From Octopus sinensis (lineage: Eukaryota): 9,752 nt of DNA. Position numbers and translations under genes: made by a program. Positions 8,172-9,752 of this stretch are shown here, piece by piece; positions within the stretch are counted from its first letter, which is position 1, and each line of letters starts with the position of its first letter. A model generated the notes under the pieces. That model ran no database searches, was not told the DNA's origin, and was given only the letters and a program-made list of their open reading frames with translations. The stretch spans positions 1 through 9,752 of the forward strand of contig NW_021827846.1 of assembly GCF_006345805.1 (NCBI RefSeq), in the 5' to 3' direction.

Positions 8172-8187
8172 TAATAATAATAATAAT
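8087..8187. repeat. (TAA)n array shared as a tail by E (+) and the SINE-M multimer (-)
   Basis: Direct reading. Confidence 0.97.
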
Positions 8188-8188
8188 C

Positions 8189-8772
8189 ATTTCTAATATA
8201 GCCATAAGGCCAGTATTTCGAGGGAAATCCAGGAATCCAGTCGGTCACGTCGACCCCGGCACTCAACTGGTACTTGATTTATCGATCCTGAAAAGATGAA
8301 ATTCAAAGTCGCCCTCGGCGGAATTTGAACTCAGAATATAGCGCCAGAAAAAATACCTATTTCTTTACTACCCACAAGGAGCTAAATATAGAAGGAACAA
8401 ACAAGGACAGACATAGGTATTAAGTCGATTATATCGACCCCAGTGCGAAACTGGTACTTAATTTATCGACCCCGAAAGGATGAAAGGCAAAGTCGACCCC
8501 GGCGGAATTTGAACTCAGAACGTAACGGCAGACAAAATACCTATTTCTTTATTACCCACAAGGGGCTAAACATAGAGGGGACAAACAAGGACAGACATAG
8601 GTATTAAGTCGATTATATCGACCCCAGTGCGCAACTGGTACTTAATTTGTCGACCCCGAAAGGATGAAAGGTAAAGTCGACCTCGGCGGAATTTGAACTC
8701 AGAACGTAACGGCAGACAAAATACCGCTAAGCATTTCTCCCGGCGTGCTAACATTTCTGGCAGCTCACCGCA
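8189..8772 (-). mobile_element. SINE family 'M' multimer: one head followed by three bodies with a 184-bp period
   Basis: The head gcggtgagctgccagaaatgttagcacgccggg begins at 8772, with B box GAGTTCAAATTCC at 8700-8688. Units 8538-8721 and 8354-8537 differ at 9 of 184 sites. The third unit (8189-8353) is more diverged and has a different tail running into TTA. The central block GTCGACTTTGCCTTTCATCCTTTCGGGGTCGATAAATTAAGTACCAG recalls the Meta-SINE domain (from memory, unverified). Confidence 0.88.
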
Positions 8773-8775
8773 CTA

Positions 8776-8852
<77 letters not shown>

Positions 8853-8868
8853 TAACAATAATAATAAT
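8776..8868. repeat. (TAA)n array decaying into CAA variants
   Basis: Direct reading. Confidence 0.97.
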
Positions 8869-9031
8869 TCTAACGACAGCAACAATATCAACAATAATAA
8901 ACGTAATGATGGTGACATCGGTGTCGAATAGGTAGAAGTAATGCAGTTTCAGCTTATTATTAATCAAAATTATATTATATACAAATTCATGTAACCTAAG
9001 GTTAAACTACCTGTATAACGTTATAACAGGG

Positions 9032-9232
9032 TACATATATATACGTGTATGTATAATATATATGTGTATGTATATATATTTATATGCATATATATAATAA
9101 TATATATATAAAATATATATGTATATATATATATGTGTATATATATATATGTATATGTAATATATATATATATATACATATATATACATATTTATATATG
9201 TATGTATATGCATCTATGTATGTATGTACAGT
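9032..9232. repeat. (TA)n/(TATG) low-complexity tract
   Basis: Direct reading. Confidence 0.95.
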
Positions 9233-9364
9233 AACTAATCTGCTGCACATAAATTAAGACCTAACTAATTAACTCGAGCTAATGAATTCCACTGTGGGCA
9301 ACTGTGGATGATTTAGGTGTATATGGCCTATACACACTATGATTCATGGGTGGCAGTATCTACA

Positions 9365-9657
9365 AATAATTATATATATAAATACATATATATATATATG
9401 TGTGTGTGTGTGCGTGCGAGTGTCTGTGTATGTGTGTCTATGTGTGTAAATGCATACGCTCATACAGAGGGATTCACACACACACACATACGCACACAGA
9501 TGTGTATATATGTATATAGAAATACATACACACATACGAACACACACACACACGCACGCACACACACACATATATATATATATACATAATGATATATTTA
9601 TATTTGCAACAGTTCGTCGTTTCATATTTACAGGCAGCCAAATATCACCACAAATGC

Positions 9658-9707
<50 letters not shown>

Positions 9708-9752
9708 TTATATACGGTACATATATATATATATATAATATATATATATAAT
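9365..9752. repeat. Compound (TA)n/(TG)n/(CA)n microsatellite region
   Basis: Direct reading, with a short non-repetitive island at about 9603-9660. Confidence 0.93.

Noticed and set aside
9317-9335. Hairpin gtgtata-tggcc-tatacac as a terminator or Helitron end
   Set aside because: The 7-bp stem is made of locally abundant TA/CA motifs, with no following T-run or CTRR terminus.
9617-9662. Micro-exon (tttcatatttacag|gcagcc…gcat|gtatat)
   Set aside because: The acceptor is plausible, but the donor is weak and supplied by the microsatellite, and there is no other gene evidence in the window.

Overview
AT-rich eukaryotic repeat DNA with no supportable host protein-coding gene. The SINE and repeat sequences resemble, from memory and unverified, those of octopod cephalopods. 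The window is a retroelement pile-up built on (TAA)n/(TTA)n arrays. (1) It holds five pieces of R4/Dong-clade-like non-LTR retrotransposons (RT with YMDD, CCHC knuckle, RHD, PD-(D/E)xK restriction-like endonuclease) from two families with unrelated 3' UTRs, and every piece is bounded by TAA arrays. (2) An unidentified non-coding repeat ('X') is present in two head-to-head copies. One is split by a complete tRNA-derived SINE with a 13-bp target-site duplication, and the other is amplified into a 4 x 191-bp tandem array. (3) A second SINE family ('M') occurs as stacked copies and as a 184-bp-period multimer. (4) A 635-bp inverted copy of the local region 5003-6317 sits inside a TAA array between two Dong-like 3' ends. 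The best leads are this TAA-embedded inverted duplication, its sharp identity step (204 bp perfect, about 3% diverged elsewhere), and the chimera it creates: tRNA-derived Pol III head + (TAA)8 + Dong 3' end + TAA tail, which is the architecture of a nascent SINE. None of this is proven to be a new system. All alignments and counts were done by hand.
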